From: an uncultured Gemmatimonadaceae bacterium
GTDB taxonomy: Bacteria; Gemmatimonadota; Gemmatimonadetes; Gemmatimonadales; Gemmatimonadaceae
Assembly (NCBI GenBank): GCA_963790305.1
Contig: CAWBOC010000003.1
Span: 64,001-128,000 of the forward strand
Reading direction: 5' to 3'
Length of the DNA: 64,000 bases
Shown here: in pieces, positions 41,855-52,500 of the stretch
How positions within the stretch are numbered: position 1 is the stretch's first letter
How the letters are laid out: every line of letters starts with the position of its first letter
The notes under the pieces: model-generated
The model's input: only the letters and a program-made list of their open reading frames with translations
What the model was told of the DNA's origin: nothing
The model's database searches: none
Program-made: the position numbers and the translations under genes

Positions 41855-43936
41855 TTGTGCCGTGCGAGCGACAAGTCTGGACGCGACAACCTCAGCGATA
41901 TCGTATACGGGCGTGGACGCCTCCTTCGCCTTCGCCCCATCGGAGATCATCGTCATGCAGAACGGGCAGGCCGTCGCGATCGCCTCGGCTCCCGTGGCGA
42001 GCAGCTCTTCGGTGCGCTCGATGTTGATCCGCTTTCCCTCGCGCTCCTCCATCCACATCCGCCCGCCGCCCGCTCCGCAGCAGAGACCGCGCGAGCGCGT
42101 GCGCTTCGGCTCGGCCAGCGTCAGTACGGGAAGGGCCTTGCGAAGCGCCTCACGCGGGGCGTCGTAGACATCGTTGTAGCGCCCGAGGTAGCAGGAGTCG
42201 TGGTACACGATGCTCCGCGCGTCTCCATTGCCCTCGGCGAGCGGGATACGTCCCTCGTCGAGCAGCCGCTCAATGAACGTCGAGTGATGGATGACCTCGT
42301 AATCGCCACCAAGCTGCGGATACTCGTTGCCGATCTGGTGAAAGCAGTGCGGACAGATCGTCACCACTGTCCGCACCTGATAGCGATCCATCGTCTCGAT
42401 GTTGGCCTTTGCGAGCGTTTGCCACAGATACTCGTTGCCCATGCGACGCGCGGGATCTCCGTTGCACTGCTCTTCCTGACCCAGGATCGCGAACCTGATT
42501 CGCGCAGCCTGCATGATGCGCGCGAAAGCGACCGTGATGCGCTTGGCGCGATCGTCGAACGAGCCCATGCATCCCACCCAGAACAGCACGTCCGGCGCTT
42601 CGCCACGCTCCGTCATCTCGGCCATCGTCGGGATGTCGAGCCCATCGGCCCAGCGGGCGCGGTCGCCGGGGCTGAACGCCCACGGAGATCCCTGCCGCTC
42701 CATCGATTCGAACGCCGGTTGCACTTCAGCCGGGAACCGCGACTCCATGAGCACGAGATTGCGCCGAAGGTCGATGATCGTATCGAGGTGCTCGATGCCC
42801 ACCGGACACTCCTGAACGCACGCGCGACAGGTCGTGCACTGCCAGAGCTCCTCCTCCGTGATGTAGTGATCGAGGAGCCGGTGATCCATGATCTCGGTGA
42901 CCGTCCGCGCGCCGGCGTCATCCCCTTCCCCGTGCACCAGCCTCGGTTGCTCGACTTCGCGTACGTCACCAACCAGCACCGGCGCCTTTTCCATCAGCCG
43001 TTGCCGTGCGTTGATGATGATCTTGCGGGGACTCAAGACCTTCCCGGTGATGTTCGCCGGACAGGCCGCCGTGCATCGGCCGCATTCAGTGCACGAATAC
43101 CCGTCCAGAAGCTGCTTCCACGTCAGGTGCTCGACGTCCGATGCCCCGAACTGCTCCGCCCCTTCGGCTTCGAGGTCGAGGTGGGGGATCGCGCCCTTCG
43201 ATCCCATGCCCTGCGCGTTCGAGAAGTAGACGTTGGGAATGGAGCTGACAATGTGGAGGTGCTTCGAGTACGGCAGGTAATTGAGGAAGGCGAGGATGAG
43301 AATCGCGTGCGTCCACCAGCTCACATCATGTGCGAGGGCGGCCGACGACGGGCTCATGCCCGCGAGACCATTGGCGAGCGTGTGGGAGACGAACTTCTCG
43401 CCCACGACGGACGTGGGCTCGTTGACGAGCAGGAAGGCGTTGGTGAGAAACATCGTCACCATCAGCCCCGCGATCGCGCTCAGGATCAGTATCGCGTCGG
43501 CCTGTTCGAGCCCGTCACCGCGAAGCCGGCGTGGTCGCAGCACGAGCCGGCGAAAGAGCGCAAACGCGACCGCGAGCAACACCAGGACACCGAACACGTC
43601 CTGCGACACGGAGTAGACGCGGTACGCCCACGTCGGAAGAAAGCCGTACGAGAAGGGCGGGTAGACTCCCTGGGCGATCAGCTCGACGGTTCCGAGGGTC
43701 AGTACGATGAAGCCCCAGAAGATCATCGCGTGCATGATTCCAGGGCCGGGGTCGCGCATGAGCTTCGACTGGCCGAGCGCGACGACGAGGACGTTGCGGA
43801 GCCTCCTCGCCGGATGATCGCTGCGGTCGACCGCGCGACCAATGCGGAGATACCGAACCAGTCGCTCGACGTTGAGGGCGAAGAAGCCGCCCGCTGCCGC
43901 CACGAGCAGCAGGAATAGGACGTTCTGGGTCGTCAT
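41846..43936 (-). CDS. Membrane Fe-S oxidoreductase (FadF/EtfD/EMO-like: cytochrome b-type TM domain, two 4Fe-4S motifs, two CCG domains)
   Basis: [71 protein letters not shown]. Confidence 0.92.
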   Translation of the reverse strand: MTTQNVLFLLLVAAAGGFFALNVERLVRYLRIGRAVDRSDHPARRLRNVLVVALGQSKLMRDPGPGIMHAMIFWGFIVLTLGTVELIAQGVYPPFSYGFLPTWAYRVYSVSQDVFGVLVLLAVAFALFRRLVLRPRRLRGDGLEQADAILILSAIAGLMVTMFLTNAFLLVNEPTSVVGEKFVSHTLANGLAGMSPSSAALAHDVSWWTHAILILAFLNYLPYSKHLHIVSSIPNVYFSNAQGMGSKGAIPHLDLEAEGAEQFGASDVEHLTWKQLLDGYSCTECGRCTAACPANITGKVLSPRKIIINARQRLMEKAPVLVGDVREVEQPRLVHGEGDDAGARTVTEIMDHRLLDHYITEEELWQCTTCRACVQECPVGIEHLDTIIDLRRNLVLMESRFPAEVQPAFESMERQGSPWAFSPGDRARWADGLDIPTMAEMTERGEAPDVLFWVGCMGSFDDRAKRITVAFARIMQAARIRFAILGQEEQCNGDPARRMGNEYLWQTLAKANIETMDRYQVRTVVTICPHCFHQIGNEYPQLGGDYEVIHHSTFIERLLDEGRIPLAEGNGDARSIVYHDSCYLGRYNDVYDAPREALRKALPVLTLAEPKRTRSRGLCCGAGGGRMWMEEREGKRINIERTEELLATGAEAIATACPFCMTMISDGAKAKEASTPVYDIAEVVASRLVARTAQTA

Positions 43937-43987
43937 CCGCGGAAGGTAGCAAACAAGAACGGGCCGCCGTAAGGCGACCCGGACTCA

Positions 43988-44066
43988 AATGCTGAATGCG
44001 TAACACGGAACGCGGAAGCCGATCGGCTGGCCCTTATTCGACTTCCGCGTTCCGCATTCGTCGTTC
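43988..44066. repeat. Degenerate inverted GCGGAAY heptamer element
   Basis: 12-bp inverted repeat GGAACGCGGAAG / CTTCCGCGTTCC with flanking decayed heptamers. Confidence 0.7.
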
Positions 44067-44080
44067 TTCCTACACTCGCA

Positions 44081-44725
44081 CTAGAAGCCGAGCTTGAGAC
44101 CCAGCGTGAACGCGAAGTTGTGCGACGTTCCCGCGTCCTGCAGATCGTTCGGATCGTTCGCGTTGCGGAACTCATCCCACTTGAACGACGAGATGTAGTC
44201 CTTCGCCATCAGACGCAGGCCAAGGGCGCCCACGTTGAAGTCCGCGCCGAGTCCGGCGTTGAAGGCCACGTTGGTGGTGCCGTCCGCCTGGAAGTCATTG
44301 CGGTCGGCGGTGAACTTGATCGCGCCGACACCGGCCTGGGCGAAGGGCGAGAAAACACCCGCGCCTGCCGCGATCGGGAACTTGAGCTGCAGGTTGCCGT
44401 CGTACAGCCACACGCCTACGTCACCGGCGAAGCTCTCGCCCGGACCGGCGAACTCGAACTCCCAGTTGGTGCGCGAGTAGCCGAAGTTGCCGACGAGGGC
44501 GAGGTTCGGCGTCATGTCGATCCCCAGCTGCACGCCGTAGATCGCGCCGTTGTCGTTCGTGAACTCGGCGCCATTGGCGGTTTCGAAGTGGTCGCCGTAA
44601 GCGACGTAGCCCACATAGGGGGTCAGGCTGAAGACGCTGGGCTGTCCCGTCACCACGGACGACTGCGCGGCGAGCGGAGCCGCAATCGCGGCCACAAGCG
44701 CTGCGCTGACAAGGAACTTTTTCAT
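44081..44725 (-). CDS. Outer-membrane beta-barrel protein (OmpA/OmpW-like, 8-stranded)
   Basis: Signal peptide, SPFAQAGVG, AFNAGLGADF, terminal LGLKLGF with C-terminal Phe. Confidence 0.85.
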   Translation of the reverse strand: MKKFLVSAALVAAIAAPLAAQSSVVTGQPSVFSLTPYVGYVAYGDHFETANGAEFTNDNGAIYGVQLGIDMTPNLALVGNFGYSRTNWEFEFAGPGESFAGDVGVWLYDGNLQLKFPIAAGAGVFSPFAQAGVGAIKFTADRNDFQADGTTNVAFNAGLGADFNVGALGLRLMAKDYISSFKWDEFRNANDPNDLQDAGTSHNFAFTLGLKLGF

Positions 44726-44831
44726 ACGACCTCACTGCTGGTGGTTGACCGATCGGCCAGCACGGAATCGCGGCCGTCAGGTACCCCCTGCAAACGCACG
44801 CTCCATGCCCGAAACCGTGAAAAATGCGAAG

Positions 44832-44855
44832 CGGGCGGGGTAATTTCCCCGCCCG
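44832..44855 (-). terminator. Possible intrinsic terminator downstream of etfA
   Basis: 9-bp GC stem CGGGCGGGG/CCCCGCCCG with a 6-nt loop; the U-tract is weak. Confidence 0.4.
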
Positions 44856-44889
44856 TTGACGATTGCGTAACTTGTTAATAAATAGTGAG

Positions 44890-45876
44890 TTAGTGGCCCT
44901 TCTTGGCCTCACGAACCGCTGCCGTCAACGCCGGCACGATCTCCAGGGCATCGCCGACGATTCCGTAGTCGGCGACCTTGAAAATGGGGGCCTCTTTGTC
45001 GCGGTTGATGGCTACGATGGTCTTGGCCGTTCGCATTCCGGCGAGGTGCTGAATTGCCCCGGAAATTCCCACCGCGACGTACAGCTGCGGACTGACCGTG
45101 CGGCCAGTCTGGCCAATCTGATCGCTCTGCGGGCGCCAGCCGTCGTCGGCCACGGCTCGCGTGCACCCCACGGCCGCGTTGCCGAAGGCGTCAGCAAGCT
45201 CCTCCACCAGGCGGAAGTTCTCGGCCGCCCGGAGCCCCCGGCCCCCACTCACGATCACCGGCGCCTCCCCGAGGTCGGGCTTTCCGCTCCGCCCCTGCAC
45301 CATTTCCTTGACGACGACCCGGGCCGTCGCCGGGTCCATCGCAGGAGCAAGGGACTCGACGCGCCCCGGCTTGGCGTTGGCCACCGGGGTGAACGCGCCC
45401 GGCCGGATCGATACGATCGCCGGTTTGGCGCTCAACGTCAGCGTTTGCACGACCTTGCTGGCGTAGCCAGCATGCTTCGCGCTGATGCTCTCCCCCGACT
45501 TCTCCAGCGACAGGACGTCGGCCGCCATGGGCACCCCGAGCTTGGCGGCAACGCGAGGTGCCAAGTCCTTCCCCTGCGCCGACGCGCTGAAAACAACCGC
45601 CGAGTAGCCACCCTCCTTCGCGCGAGCGGCGGCCGTCGCAGCCGCAACCTCGGCGCTATGATTGGCCAATGCCGGATGCTCGACGACGAGGACGACATCG
45701 GCACCGTGACGACCCAGCTGGTCCACCTTCGAGGCCAGCCCCGGGGCCCCAAGCAGCAATGCGTGAACCTCGCCGCCGTCGCCGTCCGCCAGCGCGCGTG
45801 CCGCGGTAACGGCTTCCAGGGCGACTTTGCGCAGCTCGCCGCCGCGCGTCTCGGCGAATGCCAGTACGTTGGCCAT
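44890..45876 (-). CDS. etfA: Electron transfer flavoprotein alpha subunit
   Basis: VSGGRG, QIGQTGRTVSPQLYVAVGISGAIQHLAGM, AINRDKEAPIF. Confidence 0.97.
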   Translation of the reverse strand: MANVLAFAETRGGELRKVALEAVTAARALADGDGGEVHALLLGAPGLASKVDQLGRHGADVVLVVEHPALANHSAEVAAATAAARAKEGGYSAVVFSASAQGKDLAPRVAAKLGVPMAADVLSLEKSGESISAKHAGYASKVVQTLTLSAKPAIVSIRPGAFTPVANAKPGRVESLAPAMDPATARVVVKEMVQGRSGKPDLGEAPVIVSGGRGLRAAENFRLVEELADAFGNAAVGCTRAVADDGWRPQSDQIGQTGRTVSPQLYVAVGISGAIQHLAGMRTAKTIVAINRDKEAPIFKVADYGIVGDALEIVPALTAAVREAKKGH

Positions 45877-46628
45877 CAGAGAACCTTTGCCTCGGTTTGC
45901 AGCAGCCTCACGAGCTCCGGCACTGCCGCCGCCCCTTCCCCGATGATCCGTCCTCCCTGGCGATCGGGGGGAAGCTCCGTCTTCGTCACCTCGAGCCGTG
46001 TCGCCTCGAGCTGCGCCGGCTTCGACTCGAGCGGCTTCTTCTTCGCCGCCATGATTCCCTTGAGCGAGGGATATCTCGGACGCGCGATCCCCTCGTCGAT
46101 GCTCACGACGGCGGGTAGGGGAAACTCCACGATCTCCGCCGCGCCCTCGAGCTCGCGCCGCGCCGTGCCCTTCCCCGGCTCGACATCCAGCTTCGATACC
46201 GCCGAAACGTTAGGCAGCCCCAGCAGCTCTGCGGTCATGGGTCCGACGACGCCGCTCATCGTGTCCATGGCGTGCTTGCCGAACATGATGAGGTCGAAGC
46301 CGCCCGACTTGAGCTCGACGGCGAGCGCGCGCGCGACCGCGAAGCCGTCGGACGGCACACGATCGGCTTTCAGGTGGATCGCGCGCGCCGCGCCCATGCT
46401 CAGCGCCTTGCGCAACGCTTCCTGCACGGCGTCCGGTCCGAGCGAGACCACGACGACCTCGCCCTGCCCGAGCTTCTCGGTGATCTGAAGAGCGACCTCG
46501 ACCGCGTATCCGTCGAAGTCGCTCATGTCGAACTTGAGACCGGTCTCGTCGACGATCTTTCCGTCACCGCTGATCCGGAAGCGTGATTCCATGTCGGGCA
46601 CGCGCTTGATGCACACGGCGATCTTCAC
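45876..46628 (-). CDS. etfB: Electron transfer flavoprotein beta subunit
   Basis: MKIAVCIKRVPD, ALSMGA, PRYPSLKGIMAAKKK. Confidence 0.97.
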   Translation of the reverse strand: MKIAVCIKRVPDMESRFRISGDGKIVDETGLKFDMSDFDGYAVEVALQITEKLGQGEVVVVSLGPDAVQEALRKALSMGAARAIHLKADRVPSDGFAVARALAVELKSGGFDLIMFGKHAMDTMSGVVGPMTAELLGLPNVSAVSKLDVEPGKGTARRELEGAAEIVEFPLPAVVSIDEGIARPRYPSLKGIMAAKKKPLESKPAQLEATRLEVTKTELPPDRQGGRIIGEGAAAVPELVRLLQTEAKVL

Positions 46629-46629
46629 A

Positions 46630-47805
46630 TCACGCTCCGAACGCGTTGAGTCCCGTCACCGCCTGGCCAAGTACCAGCGTGTGCACATCGTGCGTGCCCT
46701 CGTACGTGTACACGCTCTCGAGGTTCGCCATGTGGCGCATGGCCGAGTACTCGGCGAGGATCCCGTTCGCTCCAAGCAGACGTCGTGCCTCGCGGGCGAT
46801 ATCGGTGGCGATGTGCACGTTGTTCCGCTTGGCGAGCGAGACCTGCTGCGGAGTGAAGTCCCCGCGATCCTTGAGGCGCCCGAGCTGCACGCACAGCAGC
46901 TGGCCTTTCACGATCTCGGTGAGCATCTCGGCCAAACGCAGCTGCTGCAGCTGAAAGCCGCCGATGGGACGGTCGAACATGATGCGGGTCTTCGAGTACG
47001 AGGCGGCTTCCTCGAAGCAGGCGATGGCGGCGCCCAGCGCGCCCCACGAGATCCCGTAGCGAGCCTGTGTGAGGCACATCAGCGGGCTCTTGAGCCCGCC
47101 CGACTTCGGAAGCAGCGCATCCTTGGGGACGCGAACGTCCTCGAGCACGAGCTCGCTCGTATCGGAGGCGCGTAAGGAGAGCTTCCCCTTCTGGTCTTTC
47201 GCGCGAAAGCCTTTCGTGTTCGTCGGGACGATGAAGCCGCGGATCGAGCGCTGATCCTTGTCGTCGTTCGTCTTGGCCCAGACGACCGCCGCATGCGCGG
47301 TGGATCCGTTGGTGATCCACATCTTGGCGCCGTTGATCACCCAGGAGCCGTCACTCTGCTCGCGAGCCATGGTGATCATCCCGGCCGGGTTGGAGCCGAA
47401 GTCAGGCTCGGTAAGGCCGAAGCATCCGATGATCTCGCCCGACGCCATCTTTGGCAGGTAGTGCCGCTTCTGCTCCTCGCTGCCGAACGCGTAGATCGGG
47501 TACATGACGAGCGCGCCCTGAACCAATGCGAACGAGCGCACACCGGAATCGCCGCGTTCGAGCTCCTGCATGATGAGCCCGTAGGCGACGTTGTTGAGCC
47601 CCGCGCATCCGTACTCCTCGGGCAGATTGGCTCCGAAGACGCCGAGCTCGGCAAGTCCGGGAACGATCTCCTTCGGGAATCGGCCTTCGACATAGCACTC
47701 CCCGATGATCGGCAGCACGTTGTCGTCGACGAACCGGCGAACGGAGTCGCGAACTGCTATCTCCTCTTCGCTGAGCAGCGAATCGATATTGTAGAAATCT
47801 TGCAT
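46630..47805 (-). CDS. gcdH: Acyl-CoA dehydrogenase, glutaryl-CoA dehydrogenase type
   Basis: QELERGDSG, GCFGLTEPDFGSNP, KMWITNG, ARYGISWG, NLESVYTYEGTHDVH. Confidence 0.9.
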   Translation of the reverse strand: MQDFYNIDSLLSEEEIAVRDSVRRFVDDNVLPIIGECYVEGRFPKEIVPGLAELGVFGANLPEEYGCAGLNNVAYGLIMQELERGDSGVRSFALVQGALVMYPIYAFGSEEQKRHYLPKMASGEIIGCFGLTEPDFGSNPAGMITMAREQSDGSWVINGAKMWITNGSTAHAAVVWAKTNDDKDQRSIRGFIVPTNTKGFRAKDQKGKLSLRASDTSELVLEDVRVPKDALLPKSGGLKSPLMCLTQARYGISWGALGAAIACFEEAASYSKTRIMFDRPIGGFQLQQLRLAEMLTEIVKGQLLCVQLGRLKDRGDFTPQQVSLAKRNNVHIATDIAREARRLLGANGILAEYSAMRHMANLESVYTYEGTHDVHTLVLGQAVTGLNAFGA

Positions 47806-47890
47806 GGGCCGGATGATAGCCGACTGCGGCGATAAGAGGGAGTCGAGTGCGTGAACTTCGAGCCAGCCGGATGAGCGCGGGACTGAAGGC

Positions 47891-48775
47891 ATGAGAGCGA
47901 CCAAACGCACCGGTATCCAGCTTCTCCTGGGCGTGGCGGGGATCGCCGTCATCAGGCTGTATCTGCGCCTTTTCGGCCGAACGGTTCGGAAGGCCAATGT
48001 ACCCTGGCTGCTCGGACCGACCGGCCACGAGGGCGAGATCGGTGAACGCCCCTACCAGCTAGTCGCGGAGCGCGAAGGGCTCACCATCGAACGCGATGCC
48101 GTCGACGCCGGACTCATCCCGGACTTCAGCCTGCTCACCGGTCCAGGGTTCGACCCATCAAAGACGGCTCCCGCGGTGCGGCATTTCTACGAGCATACGG
48201 CACGATACGATCTCGACGTTTGGTCGGAGACTCGGTTTCCTGGGCGGCTATTCCTTTGGCTGATCGTTTCGACGGTGAGCCGGCACATGAATCAGCTGAA
48301 CTTTCCGGTTCTCGGGCTGGAGACGAGTCGCGGGATGACCAGCGAGGTCCTTCCCCTGCGCGACAAGACTGGTCGCGCGGTTCACACCGGCTGGCAGAGA
48401 CGACTACTGGAGAGCGGCCGGATCATCTACAGCGGCTTCTACACGACGGTGCAGCCGCCGCGTAGCACGTCCCCCTGTGTGAAGGTCGTTTTCCCGGTTC
48501 CGCGGGGAAACGCGACGGTGCTCCTGCGGCCCGAGTACGACAAGGCGGGACGCTTCCGGTTGGTGTCCGCGGGCTCGGGTTTCGGCGACGCGGGCTTCTA
48601 CCGCGTGCTGGAACTGGACACCGAACGATTGAAGGTTCGGTACCTGAAGACGCTGCGGGAGCGCTTCGAGGTCTATACGGACGAGCATGATGTTCTACGA
48701 TGTGATCACGAGGTCCGTTTCCTAGGAATCACGATGCTGCGGCTGCACTATCGCATGCGTCCACGTGCGAGCTGA
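47891..48775 (+). CDS. Conserved hypothetical protein
   Basis: 294-aa ORF divergent from gcdH with protein-like composition (FYEHT, QLNFP, VFPVPRGNATV). Function not recognised. Confidence 0.7.
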   Translation: MRATKRTGIQLLLGVAGIAVIRLYLRLFGRTVRKANVPWLLGPTGHEGEIGERPYQLVAEREGLTIERDAVDAGLIPDFSLLTGPGFDPSKTAPAVRHFYEHTARYDLDVWSETRFPGRLFLWLIVSTVSRHMNQLNFPVLGLETSRGMTSEVLPLRDKTGRAVHTGWQRRLLESGRIIYSGFYTTVQPPRSTSPCVKVVFPVPRGNATVLLRPEYDKAGRFRLVSAGSGFGDAGFYRVLELDTERLKVRYLKTLRERFEVYTDEHDVLRCDHEVRFLGITMLRLHYRMRPRAS

Positions 48776-48809
48776 TTCCTGTACACCGTCTCCAAACTGC
48801 GAGAGTCGA

Positions 48810-49211
48810 ATGAAGTTCATGCTTCTGGTCTACAACGATGACACACTGGTCGATACGCTGCCCCACGGGCACGCCGACGCGATGATGCGCGACTGCCTGT
48901 CGCATGCCGACGAGCTGCGTCGGGAGGGGCGGCTGATCGAATCGCAAATGCTGGAAAGCGCGTCGTCCGCGAAGTCGGTACGGATTCGCAACGGACAGGT
49001 GAAAGCGATCGACGGTCCCTTCGCCGAGACGAAGGAAGTGCTGGGCGGCTTCAATCTCATCGAGGCAAAGGACATGGACGAGGCGGTCGAGATTGCGGCC
49101 CAATTCCCGTGGGCTCGAACGGGCTGCGTCGAGATTCGCCCGGTGCGGGACATCGGAGCCGTCCGCCAGCGCGTCGGCGCGAGTCGCGACGCGGCGCCGG
49201 TGACGGATTAG
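48810..49211 (+). CDS. YciI family (DGPF) protein
   Basis: MKFMLLVY, DGPFAETKEVLGGF, EIRP. Confidence 0.92.
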   Translation: MKFMLLVYNDDTLVDTLPHGHADAMMRDCLSHADELRREGRLIESQMLESASSAKSVRIRNGQVKAIDGPFAETKEVLGGFNLIEAKDMDEAVEIAAQFPWARTGCVEIRPVRDIGAVRQRVGASRDAAPVTD

Positions 49212-49215
49212 CTCC

Positions 49216-49944
49216 TCAGGCCTGCTTTCGTACCTCGTCGCGCAGCACCACGCGTCGCGCGGTCGGCTCGACCCCCACCTCGCGAGCTTTCCGCCGAAAC
49301 TCCCGCCCGTGATCGATGGGCATCCCGTTCTCCGCCTGCCACTGATGCACCATCTCGTGCAACAGGGTGTGCAGGGCTTCTTCCCACCCGTGTCGTCGGA
49401 TGTGCCGGCGGCTGATCGTGATCTCCGCGGGGCGGCCGTTAGCGCAGGACGCGCTGTACTGCCCGAGGCGGTTCCGCATGCGGCCGGAGATGCGGATCGC
49501 GATGCGGGAGAGCCGTCCACCGAAGAGCATCGCGTTGTAGTGCTCGTGCGACCGCGCGAGCTCCTCGATGAGCGGAATGTCCGAGGGACGAGGATGCGGC
49601 GTGTGCTCGCGCCGCGCCCGCATGGCGTGAACGGGAATGGGATGCTCGAGGATGACCCGTTGCGCGGCACTCCGCGCGCGTCGCGTGCGCCCGCTGACGA
49701 ACGCGACGATCGCGCAGTGCACCTCGTGTGGCGCGTCGAGGTAGCCGCGATTCAGCCGCAGGACGCCACCGCGAAATGAGATCATGACCGAGCGGTTGTG
49801 CGTCAGCATGCACCGGTCGATCCCGTTCAGCCCCAGCCGGCGCAGCCGGACGAGCAGCTCGTCGGCCGACGCTGGCGGGCGGTCGAGCTCGAGCGGCAGC
49901 TGCTCGGTTACGAGGGACAACATCCGCCGCATCAGACCGCTCAT
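49216..49944 (-). CDS. SprT-like zinc metalloprotease domain protein
   Basis: SGRMRNRLGQY, LLHEMVHQWQ, DHGREFR. ATGA-coupled to the upstream gene. Confidence 0.88.
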   Translation of the reverse strand: MSGLMRRMLSLVTEQLPLELDRPPASADELLVRLRRLGLNGIDRCMLTHNRSVMISFRGGVLRLNRGYLDAPHEVHCAIVAFVSGRTRRARSAAQRVILEHPIPVHAMRARREHTPHPRPSDIPLIEELARSHEHYNAMLFGGRLSRIAIRISGRMRNRLGQYSASCANGRPAEITISRRHIRRHGWEEALHTLLHEMVHQWQAENGMPIDHGREFRRKAREVGVEPTARRVVLRDEVRKQA

Positions 49945-50762
49945 GCCGCGAAGCTCCGCTCGGGCCCGGCGACAAACGCGCTCTTGTCCCGCGACCAAAT
50001 GAGGGTCGCGACGTGAATCTTTTGCTCGCTGAGCTCGATGACGTTGATACTCGACGGCCTGCCGCCGCGCGAACGGTTCGAGACCGTACCGGCGGTCGAG
50101 ATGACGGTGCCCCGTTTCGTGTGCTCGATGTAGTGCACCGCCTCCTGATGGTCGTGGCCGCACAGCACCACGTGGACGCCGAGATCGGCGAACGCGCCGA
50201 GGATGCGCGGTGTGTTGCGCAGGCCGTGCCGCTGCGAGAGCTCGCCCTTCACGGGATTGTGATGCATGACGATGACGCGCCAGTCGTCAGGCGGAGACGT
50301 GGCAAATTCCTTCTCGGCGCGCTCGAGCTGGGATTTCTTGAGGGCCCCGATAATGCCAATGTCGCGCAGGTTCCAGGTGAGCGTATGACGCGACACGCCC
50401 TGCGCGGTCAGAAGCCCGACGAAGGTGGCGCCGGGAACGCGCAGCACCGGCTCCAGCTCCTTGTCGATGTACGCCATGTAGTTCGCGTACATGGCGTCAC
50501 TCGAGCCGATCGCCATGGGGGCGCGCCACCACTTCACGTCGTGGTTCCCGGGCACGACGATCGTCTTGCTGACCCGCTGCGCGTGGCGGATGAACGCGCG
50601 GGCGCGCTGGAACTCGCCCGAGCGCGCCCGCTGTGACAGGTCGCCGGAAATGGCGACGACGTCGAATTTCTCCTCCTGAATGACCGCCTCGATCGCCTCG
50701 ATCTGCTCAGGGACGGCGGGCTTCCCGAAGTGCAGGTCGGAGGCGTGGAGGACTCGGGTCAT
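49941..50762 (-). CDS. Metallophosphoesterase (CpdA/Icc-like)
   Basis: SDLHFG, SGDLSQRA, PGNHD, MHH, GHDH. Confidence 0.9.
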   Translation of the reverse strand: MTRVLHASDLHFGKPAVPEQIEAIEAVIQEEKFDVVAISGDLSQRARSGEFQRARAFIRHAQRVSKTIVVPGNHDVKWWRAPMAIGSSDAMYANYMAYIDKELEPVLRVPGATFVGLLTAQGVSRHTLTWNLRDIGIIGALKKSQLERAEKEFATSPPDDWRVIVMHHNPVKGELSQRHGLRNTPRILGAFADLGVHVVLCGHDHQEAVHYIEHTKRGTVISTAGTVSNRSRGGRPSSINVIELSEQKIHVATLIWSRDKSAFVAGPERSFAA

Positions 50763-51779
50763 CGCAACCTCGCGATGATCGCGCTGGTGAACTCGTCGGT
50801 GGTTGCCGTCCCCCCGAGATCGCCGGTCAGCGTCTTTCCCTCCCGGATCGTGGCGTAGAGCGCGTCGCGAATCCGCGTCGCGCGCGCGTGGTCTCCCACA
50901 TGATCGAGCATCATGCATGCCGCGAGCAAGAGTGCGCCGGGATTGGCGACGCCCTTGGTCGCGATGTCGGGCGCTGTCCCGTGCACTGCCTCGAAGATCG
51001 CCGCCTTCGCGCCAATGTTCGCGCCTGGCGCGAGTCCCAGGCCACCGACCAGCCCCGAGATCTGATCGGACAGGATGTCACCGAACAGGTTCGTCGTCAC
51101 GATGACATCGAACGCCTCGGGGCGCATTACGAGACTCATTGCCATCGCATCGACGATCTTCTCCTCGACCTCGATGCGTCCATCATACTGTTTCGCGATT
51201 TCACGCCCCACGTCGAGGAACAGCCCCTGTGAGAACTTGAGGATGTTGGCCTTGTGGACGATGGTCACCTTCCGGCGCCCATGCTTCACCGCGTACTCGA
51301 ACGCGTACCGGTGAATGCGCTCCGATCCTGCCCTCGTGATGATCGCCACCGATTCCGCGGCGGCATGAGGATCGTCTCCGATCTTGATGTAGTGCTCGAC
51401 GCCGACGTAGAGTCCCTCGGTGTTCTCCCGCACGAGCACGAGGTCGACGTTGTCGTAGCGCCGGCGTCCCGGCGTCACCGACTTCGCGGGGCGAACGTTG
51501 GCGTAGAGATCGAACTCCTTTCGCAGGGCGACGTTCACCGAGCGGTAGCCCGAGCCGACGGGCGTCTCGAGCGGACCCTTGAGCGCCAGGTGCGTCCGCG
51601 AGATCGACGCGAGCGTCTCGTCAGGCATCGGATCGTCGTGGCTCGGCGACGGCGGCCATGCCGGCGAGCTTTCGATCCCATGCGATGTCGGCGCCGGCCG
51701 CCTCGACGATGCGAACGGTCGCCTCGGTGATGCCGGGGCCGATGCCGTCGCCGGGAATGAGCGTTATCGGGATGGGCAT
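50759..51779 (-). CDS. Isocitrate/isopropylmalate dehydrogenase family (NAD-IDH-like), frameshifted near 51640
   Basis: N-terminus MPIPITLIPGDGIGPG lies in another frame and joins ALKGPLETP, RENTEGLY, VHKANILK, NLFGDILSD, FEAVHGTAPDI. Confidence 0.9.
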
Positions 51780-51816
51780 GAAAGCTGGCTTAGCGCGCGG
51801 GAGTCATTGATTCGCG

Positions 51817-51856
51817 GAGAACTGCGAGCTGCGAACTGCGAACTGCGCAGTCGTTC
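51817..51856. repeat. GAACTGC heptamer array
   Basis: GAACTGC-GAGCTGC-GAACTGC-GAACTGC, then a short mirror GCAGTCGTTC next to a stop codon. Confidence 0.65.
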
Positions 51857-52500
51857 TATGGTGCCGCCACCTGGTCGGCCAGACTGTTGGCGACGCTTGC
51901 GATGACACCGCGACCGTAGGTCGACGCCGTATCTCCCCGCACATCGCCACCCCACGTCGCGCGCGAGAGACGCGCGTCGAGCAAGAGCACGTGCAGGACC
52001 GCGCGGCCCGCGCCGCCGACTCTTCTCGAACCGCAGCTCGACGGGGAACAGCGCGTAGCGCGCGCCATGCAGCGCAACGAGCGACGCGCAGCTGCGAGGC
52101 CAGGGGCTCGCCAAGCTGGCCGTCGGACCGGCGTCGCGCGAGTGGACGCAGCCCTTCGGCCGCCAATGCCCGGGGATCCGGCGAGTGGGCCGCATTGCGC
52201 TGCGCCGAGCGGACGAGCTGCTCGGGAAAACCCACTTCGTGCGGAAGCCGCGCTCGCCGAGCGCGAAGGCGATCTCATCATCGACGTCGCTCGAGCAGCT
52301 GACGCGGCCGCTCGACCGCCTCGGCCCAACCAAGACTGTCGCCGGGTCGCAGGTAGTGCGTGGGGATGACGATGACCTGTTGTCCCGCGAGCCCGGCGAG
52401 CGGGCGATTTGGCAGCGGGGCGACCTGTGCGTTTGGATCGGGGCCGCGTGAGCAGGCGGCAACGAGGGCGAGGCTGGCAAGTGAGAGCGAGGCGCTTCAC
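51856..52500 (-). CDS. Hypothetical lipoprotein interrupted by about five frameshifts
   Basis: Joined across frames: KRLAL/LASLALVAAC (lipobox)...QQVIVIPTHYL...DDEIAFALGERG...LGEPLASQLR/SLVAL...ARYALFPVELRF...LLLDAR...WGGDV. Confidence 0.65.
   Translation of the reverse strand: MKRLALTCQPRPRCRLLTRPRSKRTGRPAAKSPARRARGTTGHRHPHALPATRRQSWLGRGGRAAASAARATSMMRSPSRSASAASARSGFSRAARPLGAAQCGPLAGSPGIGGRRAASTRATPVRRPAWRAPGLAAARRSLRCMARATRCSPSSCGSRRVGGAGRAVLHVLLLDARLSRATWGGDVRGDTASTYGRGVIASVANSLADQVAAP

Noticed and set aside
41825..46488. Long antisense ORFs (41825-43918 and 44863-46488; likewise 24887-26425 and 23557-24648)
   Set aside because: They are shadow frames of well-identified genes in high-GC DNA, with no recognisable motifs.
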